Assembly: GCA_051294375.1 (NCBI GenBank)
Contig: CM119268.1
Span: forward strand, 1,167,218-1,231,217
DNA: 64,000 nucleotides
DNA from: Paraspadella gotoi
Taxonomy: Eukaryota; Animalia; Chaetognatha
Reading direction: 5' to 3'
The position numbers and the translations under genes were made by a program. Below, piece after piece: positions 13,037-23,725 of the stretch. Under the pieces are notes generated by a model that was given only the letters and a program-made list of their open reading frames with translations, searched no databases and was not told the DNA's origin. Positions within the stretch are counted from its first letter, which is position 1; every line of letters starts with the position of its first letter.

Positions 13037-14353
13037 AATCCGATATTCTTTGCGTAGGCGCGAAGGGAGAGAGGGCCGCGCTCGGCTGTAATGAAAGGAC
13101 AGAAAAATGGAAAGTATTTTTGGTTGTTCGGGCGAGCAATGTTCCAATCGTCCGATCTAAACTCTGGTGGATTTATTAAAACTCCATTAGCTAAACTTGC
13201 TCTTATTATTAACGTTATTAAAATAATCGGTGGTGATAGCTAAATGCTTTCAAGTTCACCGTCATTATTTGTCAGATGCCGTTAGAATATGTTTAATTAT
13301 GAATATGTTTAATTGTTTATCTTTCGATTGGCGAGGTCAAAGCTGTAAGTTTCTCATTGCTTCCACACTAAAAAGGCAGGGATATCAGAAAAACGCTCAC
13401 TTCCAAAGCACATGTGACAGCTGTTACGTGTTCCAATCTTGGTTCAAGCAAAACGGGAACAGCTGCAAAAATAATATGGAAAGATTGAGATTATTTAGTG
13501 AGGTAATAAAAGATATTAGCCATATTTAAAAGCCATTGGACAAAACTATGGTTTTTTTTTTGTTTGGATGGAGTATAAAGTTCATAATCCCAAAATGTGA
13601 GCGAGGATTTAAAATCTCCAACAACAACTGTTTTCCTTTTTTGTTTTCTTTTTTTTTTTTGTTTGTTGTTGTTTCGGTTTTTTCTTTCGTTAGTTGTTTT
13701 TTTTTTTTCCCGTAACGACGCGACGCAGAACTCAATAACCCACAATCCGGGTTTTTCGCGCCGACTTCTTCCGCCGTTTCCTTTTATGCCGCATTTTCAA
13801 GAATTCCCAGTCTCTTGATTTCCGGGGGAATTGGAAAGGCGCGTGGAGTGGCTGGGGGGGGGGTAGTAAGGGGGCGGTGGTTGGAGGACGGGGTAAGAAA
13901 AATGGCGGAGTGGAAGAGGCGGAGTCGCGACTGTCCTTTGGAGTTTAATCTAATTTGCATGTTGCAGTTTGATGATGAAGAAGCTTTGGTAATGAGGTCG
14001 TCGAAGTGATTTTAAATTTATCATTTAGAAACGCAGACAAAGTGGAGCTACTGCATTTTGCATGTATATGTACAACATAACTGTCATCAAGGGATGGCTT
14101 ACGAGTAGAAAGAGTCAAAGAGAGTTTGGATTGAGGTGGAAAGACGGGAATAAGGTGGTTAAGGTGGTCTTCTGGGAAGGGAAGAGGGGGGGCGAGGCGC
14201 TCAAACGGACGATTCGGAAGAACGGGAGCTTTTCTGGCAGAGATCAAAAGGCCGAAGGGAAAAAAATGGGAAAAGAATCCAAACATCAAATATCAAAACA
14301 AATCTGGGGAATTTTGAAGGAAATCGCTCGTCAGTCAGGTAAATGGAAGAGAA

Positions 14354-14445
<92 letters not shown>

Positions 14446-16989
14446 ATGGACTCTTGCCCGGCTCTTTCCGCTGGGTCGATAAGAAACCCATGAGAGAGAC
14501 AATTATGCTTTTCTAACGGACATGCTTGCTTGCTTGCTGCTTAAACGATTGATTGGCCGTCGATATGACTGTTTGATTGATAAAACCAAAAAAAAAGAGT
14601 CAGCCGCCCTAAATTTTTTTTAGTGAAGCAGTTCTATTGCTATACTAAAAAAAAGTATTATGTACAAAGTTGTAACTTTTACTATTCGGTTACGATTCAT
14701 TTGTTAAATGTAATTGAAAAAAACGGAAAAAAAAGAAAGGGAAATAACACAAATAAAAGATTCAAATAGACATATAAATAAGATTCAAATATAAGACATA
14801 CTGAGACGAAGCGATCTCAGGAGACAAATGAATTTTGATGACGACGACGACAACGACGATAACATCAGCAAGAGCGATGAAAACAAAACTACAAAAAGCA
14901 ACATAAATAGCAAAAATAAATCTGCGACAACAACAACGACAACTACTGCATCAACAATGAAAAAAAAAATCACTAAGCAACATAACCACGATAATAAACA
15001 CAATTGGTACAATAGATAATAAAAAAACTAAACCTGACGAAGTTCTTGGAGAGCTGCAGGGCCTCGTTGAGCTGCGCGGGATCGGTGGCGTCGGGGACGA
15101 AGTTCTCGATGAGATCCTGGATGTGACGCTCGAAGAACATCCTCTTCCAGGATTCGGCGAAGGCGCTGACGTCGCAGATCTCCCAACGGGAACGACAACG
15201 GCGCCGCCAATATCCCTCGTCGGCTACAAGATTGGCGGTGACCTAACAATGTTGTAATAATATATATTATTATTCATTATATTATATTATGTATACATTT
15301 TTTGGGGGATAAATTTTGCAATTTACGTAGGATACTATATTTACTATATTTACTATAAATGTTTGGATTCGTTATGAAAAGTTGATGAAAGAACTCCAAC
15401 TCTTTTTTCAAAATTTCTTTATTGAGTTGGTCAAAAATCAGGAAAACTATATTTTTAGCAGAAAATTAAATTTTAACACATTAAATATAGTTTTAAAACT
15501 TTTTTAAGAATTTTTACGAATAACTTATATTTTTTTCTATCAACTTTTGACGAGGAATTCAAATCTGTTAAAATTAAAAAAAGCCTATTTGGACAATTTA
15601 GAATTTTATAAGGATAAATATTTAAAAAATTTAAAAAAAAATAATAATTTTTTTATGAATTAATATTCATTGGTATTTCGTTGTTCAAAATTGACATTTA
15701 TTATTTTCATACGTCATACGCTCTACTGGAGTGAGGGGGGGGGTTGGGGTGTTGAAGGGGGTTGAAGGGGTTGGGGTGTTGAGGGGGAATGGAGTTGGTG
15801 GGGAGGCGTATAATACATTTATAAAATTGGTACAATAGATATAAAAAACTATCCATTCAATCAAAAAATAAGCTTGACACTGGATTCGAACTGGGATAAA
15901 GTCTCCGTCCCTCTGACGGGATAATGAGATACCAGGACCCGCCAACCTTTCAATCAGGACTCTCTCTCAGTCTAGCAACTCCCAAAGTGCTCGACTTACA
16001 TATTAATACATACATACGGTAATAATTGAGTCAAAATGAAATGAGATGAAGACTCCACGATTTTTATACCAAGTAAAGGGATTCAAAAACAAACCAGGAA
16101 AAAGGAAAAAAGGACCGAAAGAATCAATCGAAGTTGCGAAAGAGAATCATAAATAAAAAACAAAAACGGTGATTCCAATGTGTTGCGCCACAGTGACTTT
16201 GTTTTCACGTATATTTCCCTTTGATCACATGATATGACATTACATAACATAGGAGAACGCAGCGCTTGCAGTCCCTTACATTTAAGGTTTTTTTCTGTCA
16301 TAACAAATGATCAACCAACTCTAGGCAAATTATAAGCATTTTTAACCTAAGTGGGACAGACCGATGGACAGACAGACCGACAGACCGACCGAAAAGTGAT
16401 TCGTTGCGTAGCTAAAAATAAATAAAATGCAGAAAACAAAACAATAATAGAAACAAAAGCGCTTCCGCCTTCGCTGTGCCACTTTCGTCTTCCACTTTTC
16501 GCTTCTTCCTTCGCTTCCGCCTTCGCCTCCGCCTCTCCCCTTCGCCTCCGCTCCATGACGATATCGAAACCGAGAATGGGGCAATTATTTTCCACCCGCC
16601 GGCGTCAACAAGCACCATGAGAGAGAGAAGAGAGAGAGAGGAAAGAGACGAGAGAGAGCAGAGATGAGAGAGAGAGAGGAGAGAGAGTGAGTAACTAACT
16701 CCCCTTACCCTCTTCCTCTTCCCCCTTACCCCATAAACACGTGCGACTCTCCTCACCCCTCTTCCTGTTGTTTGCTTCGTGGCCAAATCGCGAGATTAGG
16801 AAAGTGAGAGATTTTGGCTTCAAAGGCGAAAATCACGATCGGAGGGAGGATTCGACGATGACGTCGACGACGACGATGACAACGACGATGACGACGACGA
16901 CGACCACGTACAACGACGATACTTTGCGATTCAAATGGTAAGAGAAATGGAACCAAGAATGGAAACCGAAAAACAGTAGGGGAGATTTG

Positions 16990-17027
<38 letters not shown>

Positions 17028-20000
17028 AAGAGAGAGAGTTGGAATCAGTCAACGACGAACAAGGGAGAGAGAGACAGAGAGACAAGATATTGTGGCTTTC
17101 GGCGGAGGCGGTCGTTCCAAACCATGACAAATATTTCGCAAAAATTAAATAAACAAACAAACAAACATTCTCAACCTTCATCGACATCGGAGAGAAAATT
17201 TATAACATTCTTTATCATAAAACAAGCTTTCTCTCACGATCGAGACAAGCAGTAAGCATGACGGAGCGAAATCGAATCAGATCAGCGTCGTTGCTTCTCG
17301 TAACGTCCGCCTTCCATCTCATCATAACGGAGATTTTTTCCGACGAACCTCAAATCCCAGTTTTCGACTGTCGAAAAACGAGGGATCACAAAGTAGCCGT
17401 TTTAGACTCACGCCACTGCGAGTCTCACCATTCCGTGAAAGAATCGTTCACGGAAATCTCGCTGCTCTACATTCCCGACGAAAAAGAAAGAGAAGCGAAA
17501 GGATGCGACTTGGAAATACGGGTTCGGGGCATCGCCTGCGGATCTTGGGCATCGCGATACCCAGAACTCGACGTGGCGGAGCAATACTCGTTAACGAGGA
17601 ATCATTGCCGCAGACTTCATCGTGGAGAGGAGATCGAAACGGAGGATTTGCCGATGGAATTTCGCGACGGGAGAGGGAATCAAAGACGAATCAAGCTCCG
17701 AGGGAAAATGGGACAAAACGACGTCGACCACGAATTGAGGAAAGTCGATGCGGCTGCCGATTGCGGGGCGGACAAACTTACCTTCGAAAATTTCGTTTTC
17801 GACGCAAAGAAAGCGAAAGTGACGACGAAACTCACCCTGTACGAGAAGAAGGTGAGGATCTCTCGTCGGCTCGATCTACTCAAAGGAAGCAGATGCGACA
17901 GGGCCAAGCAGGAATGCTTGTATCCCGGCGGCTTGCTTGTGTGGGAGGATCCGGAATGCTCGGCGGTGGTGGCGTTCGAAGGAACGGTGGCGGAGAGCGA
18001 GGACGGCATCGTGAGATCGATCGATGGGAAAGATAGAGACAGAGTCATGGAGGAATGCGTCGGAGAAGACGGCGAAAAGTGTGAGACTCTTTTTCGATCG
18101 AATTTGACGGAGACGGTTCGGATCCTGTGTTCCCAACTTTGCGACGAGCCGCTGGAATCTCCCTTCGTTATCCAGTTGACCGGAGAGAAGGTTGATATTT
18201 CCAATTGTGGCTTCGAAGTAGAAACGACCAAATCTCCCAATTTCTTTGTCAGGAGAAAAAGGAATTCGAAGCTGAGAAAAGAGTTGGAGCATCTGAAATC
18301 GTTGCAAGCGGAGGCGTACCTTCTGGCGAAAAGAAATCCCGGCAAAGGGATGACTCTGTCTCAATCGTTGCGCAGAGAGACTTGTCAGAACAGATTCGTG
18401 GAAGGTAAAGATGTTGCGACGAAGGCACGTCGCTTTCCCGCCTTCGTCACTTTAATCGATCACGGAACGATCGCCACGCTCAGGGGAAACATCTTAGTGA
18501 CGGCGAAATGCACGGCGACGTTAGCCAGTCGAAGGAAGACGGAAAAGTGCTACTTTGACATGCCGGTGACATTCCACGGAGAAGACATGTTTAGGGACTC
18601 CATACATCATCATATAGTTAATTCTTCGTTAGAGACGAAATGCGATGTACCGCCGAAGCATTTTCATCGAGGCGTCTATCGGATTAAAGAAGGTGAAGAT
18701 TTTGTCTCGTATCAAGAGTTTAATGACGACGATGACGACGACTACGACTACGACGTTGAGTATTACACACAAAACTCCTATGACGCAAATAATTACGTAA
18801 TCCTTGGGTCTGGATTAATTATCAATAATAACGGAAGCTTGGGTGGGGAAAAGCATTTGAGTGGAAACAAGAATTGGATAATTTTAGTTTTTGTTTGCCT
18901 CCTAACTTTTCTCTGCTGGATTTTTTTTTGCTTTGCGAGAGAAGAGAGAGAGATCGAGGAAGAGTTTGAGGTGGAACTCGAGTAGAGTTTGTCATCCCAT
19001 CATTACAATAACTTTCTTCGCGTCTTTCTTCGGAATAACGTCTTTTATTCTTTATAGTTTTCGAACATCCCGAAGGCGGCGCGAGCAGTCAATTAAATTT
19101 GAGGAATTTTTCCCTTCTGAACAAATGAGCAACCGAGTTTAGGGGATGTATGAGCATTTATAATGTAAGAGGGACTGACCGACGGACCGACGGATCGACC
19201 GAAAAGTGACTTATATAGAGTTGCGCCGCGAGTACTCGCGGCGTAACTCAAAAGTTGAAAAATATTGGGAATCTGGATAATCTAGGATGAATAAATTGTA
19301 CTGTGATATAGTCGCGGTTGATTGCTCACTGGGTCCTTCTATGTTAGTATCTTGAAAGGCATAAAAACTACAGTCTCTTCAAAATGTTATATTGGTTAAA
19401 CCAATTTTGTACATAATAAAAACCTGGGGACAATTTTAAGGATCAGACTCATAAAAATATTTTTAAAGATTAAAACTAAACAAATATAAATATGATCGAA
19501 ATAATATACGTAAATGTAAGAAAAAAACAGGAGGCTACAAAACAGGAGGCTACAAAACAGTAGGCTACAAAACAAATATACAATTGAGACACGTAACTAT
19601 AATGACATTGTTCTTTTCTCGCTAATCGGGACTAAACTAGACGTAGGCGTAGCATTGTAGCGTAGCATCGTAGCGTAGCATCTCCTTCATGTCGAGAAGA
19701 TTAAACCGATTTTTGAGGAAATAAACTATTTGACTATTTATATATAAGTTTTGATGAATTCTTTCGAAAGCAAAAATTATAATAGTGTACGTATCTAGCT
19801 CGTGTGACCTGAACTTTCAGAAATTCCACTGAGAAACAACTTTCTTTATACAAATTTCTTTATAAAACTAAAAAATATATATATATATATATACGTTAAT
19901 TGAAAAAAAAATGAACAACTAACGTCCTCCAGCCTCGATTCGAAGTCCCATCGCAAATCATCTTCATTCGACATTCCCCCCACAACAACCCCACCCTCTC

Positions 20001-21077
20001 CCAAGCGCACCTTCAACGGCAAATTGGTGGAGATCCTCTCCAGAACCTTGACGCGATGTTTGGGCGGGAGTTCGTCGAGCAGAGGGTTGAACTCGAAGTT
20101 GTCCACGATGTGATTGACGACGACGTCGACGAGGAGCGGGACCGTGGCCAGACTCCACTCAGGATCCTCGGCGATGATCCGTCTCATGTTGCGAGGATCC
20201 TCGGCCGGTTCCAGCGTCGTCGACGCTGCGGCGCCCGCGCCAGTCTCGCCGGCGCCGCCCGACGCCACCGAGGCGGCGCCGTTGGTAGCGACGTCCCCCG
20301 AGCGGCGGGAGGCTGGGCGAGAGGCGCGGGAAGCGACGGAGGCTTGGAAATGAAAAGCGGGCGTTTAAGTTACCTTTTACTCACCTCTTTACTCTCATTT
20401 ATCACATCCTTTTACTCACCTCTTTACTCTCATTTATCACATCATTTTACTCACCTCTTTACTCTCATTTATCACAATCATTTTACTCACCCTTTCTCAT
20501 TTATCACATCATTTTACTCACCTCTTTCTCTCATTTATCACATCCTTTTACTCACCTCTTTACTCTCATTTATCACATCATTTTACTCACCTCTTTACTG
20601 TCACTCATCGCATCATTTTACTCACCTCTTTACTCTCACTCATCGCATCATTTTACTCACCTCTTTACTCTCATTTATCACATCCTTTTACTCACCTCTT
20701 TACTCTCATTTATCACTCATTTTACTCACCTCTTTACTTCACTCATCCATCATTTTACTCACCTCTTTACTCTCACTCATCGCATCATTTTACTCACCTC
20801 TTTACTCTCATTCATCGCATCATTTTACTCACCTCTTTACTCTCACTCATCGCATCATTTTAATCACCTCTTTACTCTCACTCATACATCATTTTACTCA
20901 TTTTACTCATTTTACTCACCTCGCCCACTAGTCCCTTGTCCTTCGTTCGCCTCCACCGCCGTTGTCTCTTCCGTCGCCGCCCGTCGGAGCTGCCGGAGGT
21001 GCCGACGCGGCCGCTGACCCCGGTGCCGACGCAGGCGCCGGAGTAGCCGGTTCTGCCGATGCGTTGGCGTCCGCCAT
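8604..21077 (-). CDS. TCTE1: Dynein regulatory complex subunit 5 (T-complex-associated testis-expressed 1), LRR protein of motile cilia/flagella
   Basis: Nine GT-AG exons: 21077-20920, 20342-20011 (MRRIIAEDPEWSLATVPLL), 15242-15034 (VTANLVADEGYW...SWKRMFFERH), 12293-12140, 11358-11217 (YGVKNCGMNFDWNLF), 10696-10505, 10053-9895, 9446-9344 and 8927-8604 (DGGKQLQEGM...DLRLTDCGQESEY). A few 1-bp indels in exons 1, 6 and 7 look like sequencing errors. Confidence 0.92.
11850..12036. repeat. Degenerate hexamer repeat (CCTAAT/CCCTAT/CCTTAT), telomere-like
   Basis: ~30 imperfect hexamers in a TCTE1 intron. Confidence 0.85.
12400..12590 (-). mobile_element. Putative tRNA-derived SINE
   Basis: The minus strand begins GTCCCGTTGGCTTGGACAG (A-box-like)...CCAGGTTCAGTACC (B-box-like), followed by a GC-balanced body within an AT-rich intron. 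Confidence 0.4.
16301..16418 (-). mobile_element. HINE-like repeat fragment upstream of the glycoprotein ORF
   Basis: (GACA/GACC)n tract plus GACCGAAAAGTGA...GCTAAAAA; aligns by eye with 19120-19254. Confidence 0.5.
17258..18985 (+). CDS. Intact intronless chuvirus-like (Monjiviricetes/class III, gB-like) envelope glycoprotein; endogenous viral element nested antisense in TCTE1 intron 2
   Basis: 575-aa ORF with an N-terminal hydrophobic segment and motifs FDC-x15-C, ISLLY, C.LEI...ACG, CRRLH, C...C..PGG..VW...C...FEG, CGFEVETTKSP, G...KC....RKTEKCYFDMPV and C. C-terminal TM WIILVFVCLLTFLCWIFFCFA; N-glycosylation sequons NLT, NSS and NGS; AATAAA at 19290. Confidence 0.82.
   Translation: MTERNRIRSASLLLVTSAFHLIITEIFSDEPQIPVFDCRKTRDHKVAVLDSRHCESHHSVKESFTEISLLYIPDEKEREAKGCDLEIRVRGIACGSWASRYPELDVAEQYSLTRNHCRRLHRGEEIETEDLPMEFRDGRGNQRRIKLRGKMGQNDVDHELRKVDAAADCGADKLTFENFVFDAKKAKVTTKLTLYEKKVRISRRLDLLKGSRCDRAKQECLYPGGLLVWEDPECSAVVAFEGTVAESEDGIVRSIDGKDRDRVMEECVGEDGEKCETLFRSNLTETVRILCSQLCDEPLESPFVIQLTGEKVDISNCGFEVETTKSPNFFVRRKRNSKLRKELEHLKSLQAEAYLLAKRNPGKGMTLSQSLRRETCQNRFVEGKDVATKARRFPAFVTLIDHGTIATLRGNILVTAKCTATLASRRKTEKCYFDMPVTFHGEDMFRDSIHHHIVNSSLETKCDVPPKHFHRGVYRIKEGEDFVSYQEFNDDDDDDYDYDVEYYTQNSYDANNYVILGSGLIINNNGSLGGEKHLSGNKNWIILVFVCLLTFLCWIFFCFAREEREIEEEFEVELE
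19120..19254 (-). mobile_element. HINE-like repeat fragment downstream of the glycoprotein ORF, with a 32-bp palindrome
   Basis: GAGTTGCGCCGCGAGTACTCGCGGCGTAACTC (19218-19249) plus a (GACC/GACG)n tract; reverse-complement relative at 56147-56222. Confidence 0.6.
20371..20919 (-). repeat. ~35-bp minisatellite filling TCTE1 intron 1; most units carry a consensus 5' splice site
   Basis: The plus-strand unit TTTTACTCACCTCTTTACTCTCATTTATCACATCA reads ...AAAGAG|GTGAGTAAAA on the minus strand. Confidence 0.95.
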
Positions 21078-21577
21078 TTGTGAATCGGCAAAAAAAAAGC
21101 TGTCTTGTCAATTTTCTAGTAAAAGTTGATCATTTCCCTTTTTTTTTTTTTTTTATATTTAATAATGTAATTTTTTAAACTATTTCAAGATATTAGTTAT
21201 TTATAACCGCGAAAACCTAATCGAGTTTGAAGAACCTTAAATTTTCAGGTTTTACTTTTAAGTTTCGATTTTTTATTTACGGACGTTGCTTGGAAACTCG
21301 ATTGTCTTTTGTTTAATTTTGCTTCGGGTCTCGAAAAAAACTTTGATCGCTAGCGACACGCAGAGGAGAAATATTCAAAAAGAATTTAATGCAGTAGTTG
21401 TTTCTCTTCAATTAATAACTAATTATTTACTATTAAAGACGTCAGATTGTTTGTATGTATATAATTTTGAAAGTCGACCCAAGATATAATATTATGAACC
21501 CAACTTGGGGCCGTCGAATGTCTTTTTAAAATTTTTAAAAAGAATTACTTCAAGTTAAAACGATCATATAATCAGTT

Positions 21578-21651
21578 GGCCGGTTAGCTCAGCTGGTTAG
21601 AGCGTGGTGCTAATAACGCCAAGGTCGAGGGTTCGATCCCCTCACTGGCCA
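21578..21651 (+). tRNA. tRNA-Ile (anticodon AAT)
   Basis: GGCCGGTTAGCTCAGCTGGTTAGAGCGTGGTGCTAATAACGCCAAGGTCGAGGGTTCGATCCCCTCACTGGCCA: complete cloverleaf with A and B boxes, followed by a TTTTT terminator. Confidence 0.96.
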
Positions 21652-21982
21652 AATTTTTAAAGTTTTTTTTAGCAATGTCAGAATTAGATTTAGTATAGAA
21701 GTGAAATATCAACTGTTACTCCAGAAAACATATATTACAGAAATATGAATACTAATAAAAAATTTAACGTTAAATAAAATAATTAAAGTTTGAACGAACA
21801 ACGTTGTACTAATATATAAAAAAATTATTATAAATTTTGCAATTTACGCAGTAGGCTATATAACCCAATTAACCCTATAAATGTTAAAATTTCAAAATAG
21901 TTTTGAAAGATTTTTTTGCAGATTTGAATTCGTCATGAAAAGTTGTAATAACTAGTTAACGAGAGAGAGAGAGAGAGAGAGA

Positions 21983-23646
21983 TAAATGATAAATGATAAA
22001 TGATACAACAACGGACCTGAGCACGCGATTAAGCGGCTTATAGGGTCTTTCATTAAAGACAAAAAAAAAATTTAAAATTGTACGTATTTGGTAATGTTCC
22101 TTTAAAACATTTGAACTTTTTGACCCCGAACCCGACAGACACAATGAAAAGTTACGTGAACGGTCAGAAAACGTAAAATGTAAAAAACCAAAACAAAACA
22201 AAAAGTAATATGTAGAATTAGACATTAATGATACCAATCAGGTAACTGCTATGTCTAAGTGTGTTCTGGATATTTATTTTGACACTTCGGCAGAATTGTT
22301 TGGTCTGAAGAGTGACTTGACTGAACTTAATCCCAAAGTTTCTGACATTTTTGCATTGGGGATTTGTGTGTGGAAATATCTCCGGAATGAAGATATTCAA
22401 TGATGTCATCGAAGAGAATGTTGTCCGTCACCATGCTCACGATTTGTTTGCAGGCTTTTTTTGTTAACTTGGTGGTTAAATTTTCGACATTTGCTGCATC
22501 ATAAACAACTTTTGCCGACGTATGTATTGGAAGTTTAAAAAAGGTTTTCATTGCTCGCAAATGCAGTTTTTCTATTTTCTCCCATTGGCTTTTGCTCGAG
22601 TTTATCCAAGTTGGACTAGAGTATTCAAAGATTGAAATGACCTAGAGCTGAAGAACAGTTTTTATAATTGTCATTAACTTTCTTTGCTATTTTATTGATT
22701 GCAAAGATTTTGCCCTTTGCTTTGTCTAATAAAGAATCAATGAATCTCGTCCATAAAAGTTTTTCATCTAAGACAATACCAAGCAATTTGAATTCTTTAT
22801 TTCTCACGACATCATCATCTCCGATTTTAAGATTCAAAGACTCAGCAGAATGTCGAGGGCATCGACTAAAGACCGTCATTACCGATTTTCCCTTTGACAG
22901 GGTTAGTTGCATTTTCACACCATTTTACAATATCATTTAAAACCTTTTGTAGTTTATCTTTCGCCTCTGACAGTGTGTTTCCCGATGACCATATTGAGGT
23001 ATCATCGGCATATTTTGCACCATGAACTTCGTTTTCATTCCATGCAGGTAAGTCCTCAACATATAGAGTGAACAGGTCAGGACTTATGATGCCACCTTGG
23101 GGAGCACCTTTTTCAAGTTTAACTGGTTTTGAAGACAACTTTCCCTCTATGACATTCATGAACCGGTCATTTAGATATGAATTAAGGATTCGTAAAAGTT
23201 CCTCTGGATATCCAAGACGATGAATTTTGTATAACAGACCATCACTCCAGACAGACAGAGTTGAAGGCAACTGAAAAGTCTAGAGCCACTGCAATGGTGC
23301 ACTGCCTTTTTCGGTATCCTTTGTGGATATCTTCTACTAGTCTAAGAACATTTTCTTGAGCACATCTGTTTTTTCTATAAGCAGACTGTAGATGACTCAT
23401 TGTCCCCAGCCTTTTAGTTTGTATAGTGAGGTAGCTTTTAACCATTCTTTCTAGAATTTTTCCTACCACCGAGATTAAGCTTATTGGTCTGTAGCTTTTT
23501 GGGTCCATTGGATCTTTGCCTGATTTGTATAACATTCTCACATTAGTGTGCTTCCAGGCTTTTGGAAAGTAGCCAGTCAGTAAGCAATCTTTCATAATGT
23601 CTAATAATATGATAATAGCTATTAGTGGTAGATTCTTTAATATTCT

Positions 23647-23647
<1 letters not shown>
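21983..23647 (-). mobile_element. 5'-truncated, frameshifted non-LTR retrotransposon (Jockey/I-group-like RT)
   Basis: RT motifs across ORFs 23242-23595, 22866-23270, 22625-22918 and 22327-22560: SYRPISL, QSAYR, LDFSVAF, GAPQGGIISP, YADD, KLLGIVLD. 3' tail (TTTATCA)n; (AG)n on both sides. Confidence 0.92.

Positions 23648-23725
<78 letters not shown>

Noticed and set aside
12738-14493. Numerous ORFs with ERERER/SLSLSL runs (here and throughout the window)
   Set aside because: Translations of (AG)n microsatellites
17503-18364. Overlapping alternative-frame and antisense ORFs within the glycoprotein gene
   Set aside because: No recognisable motifs; expected in GC-rich coding DNA
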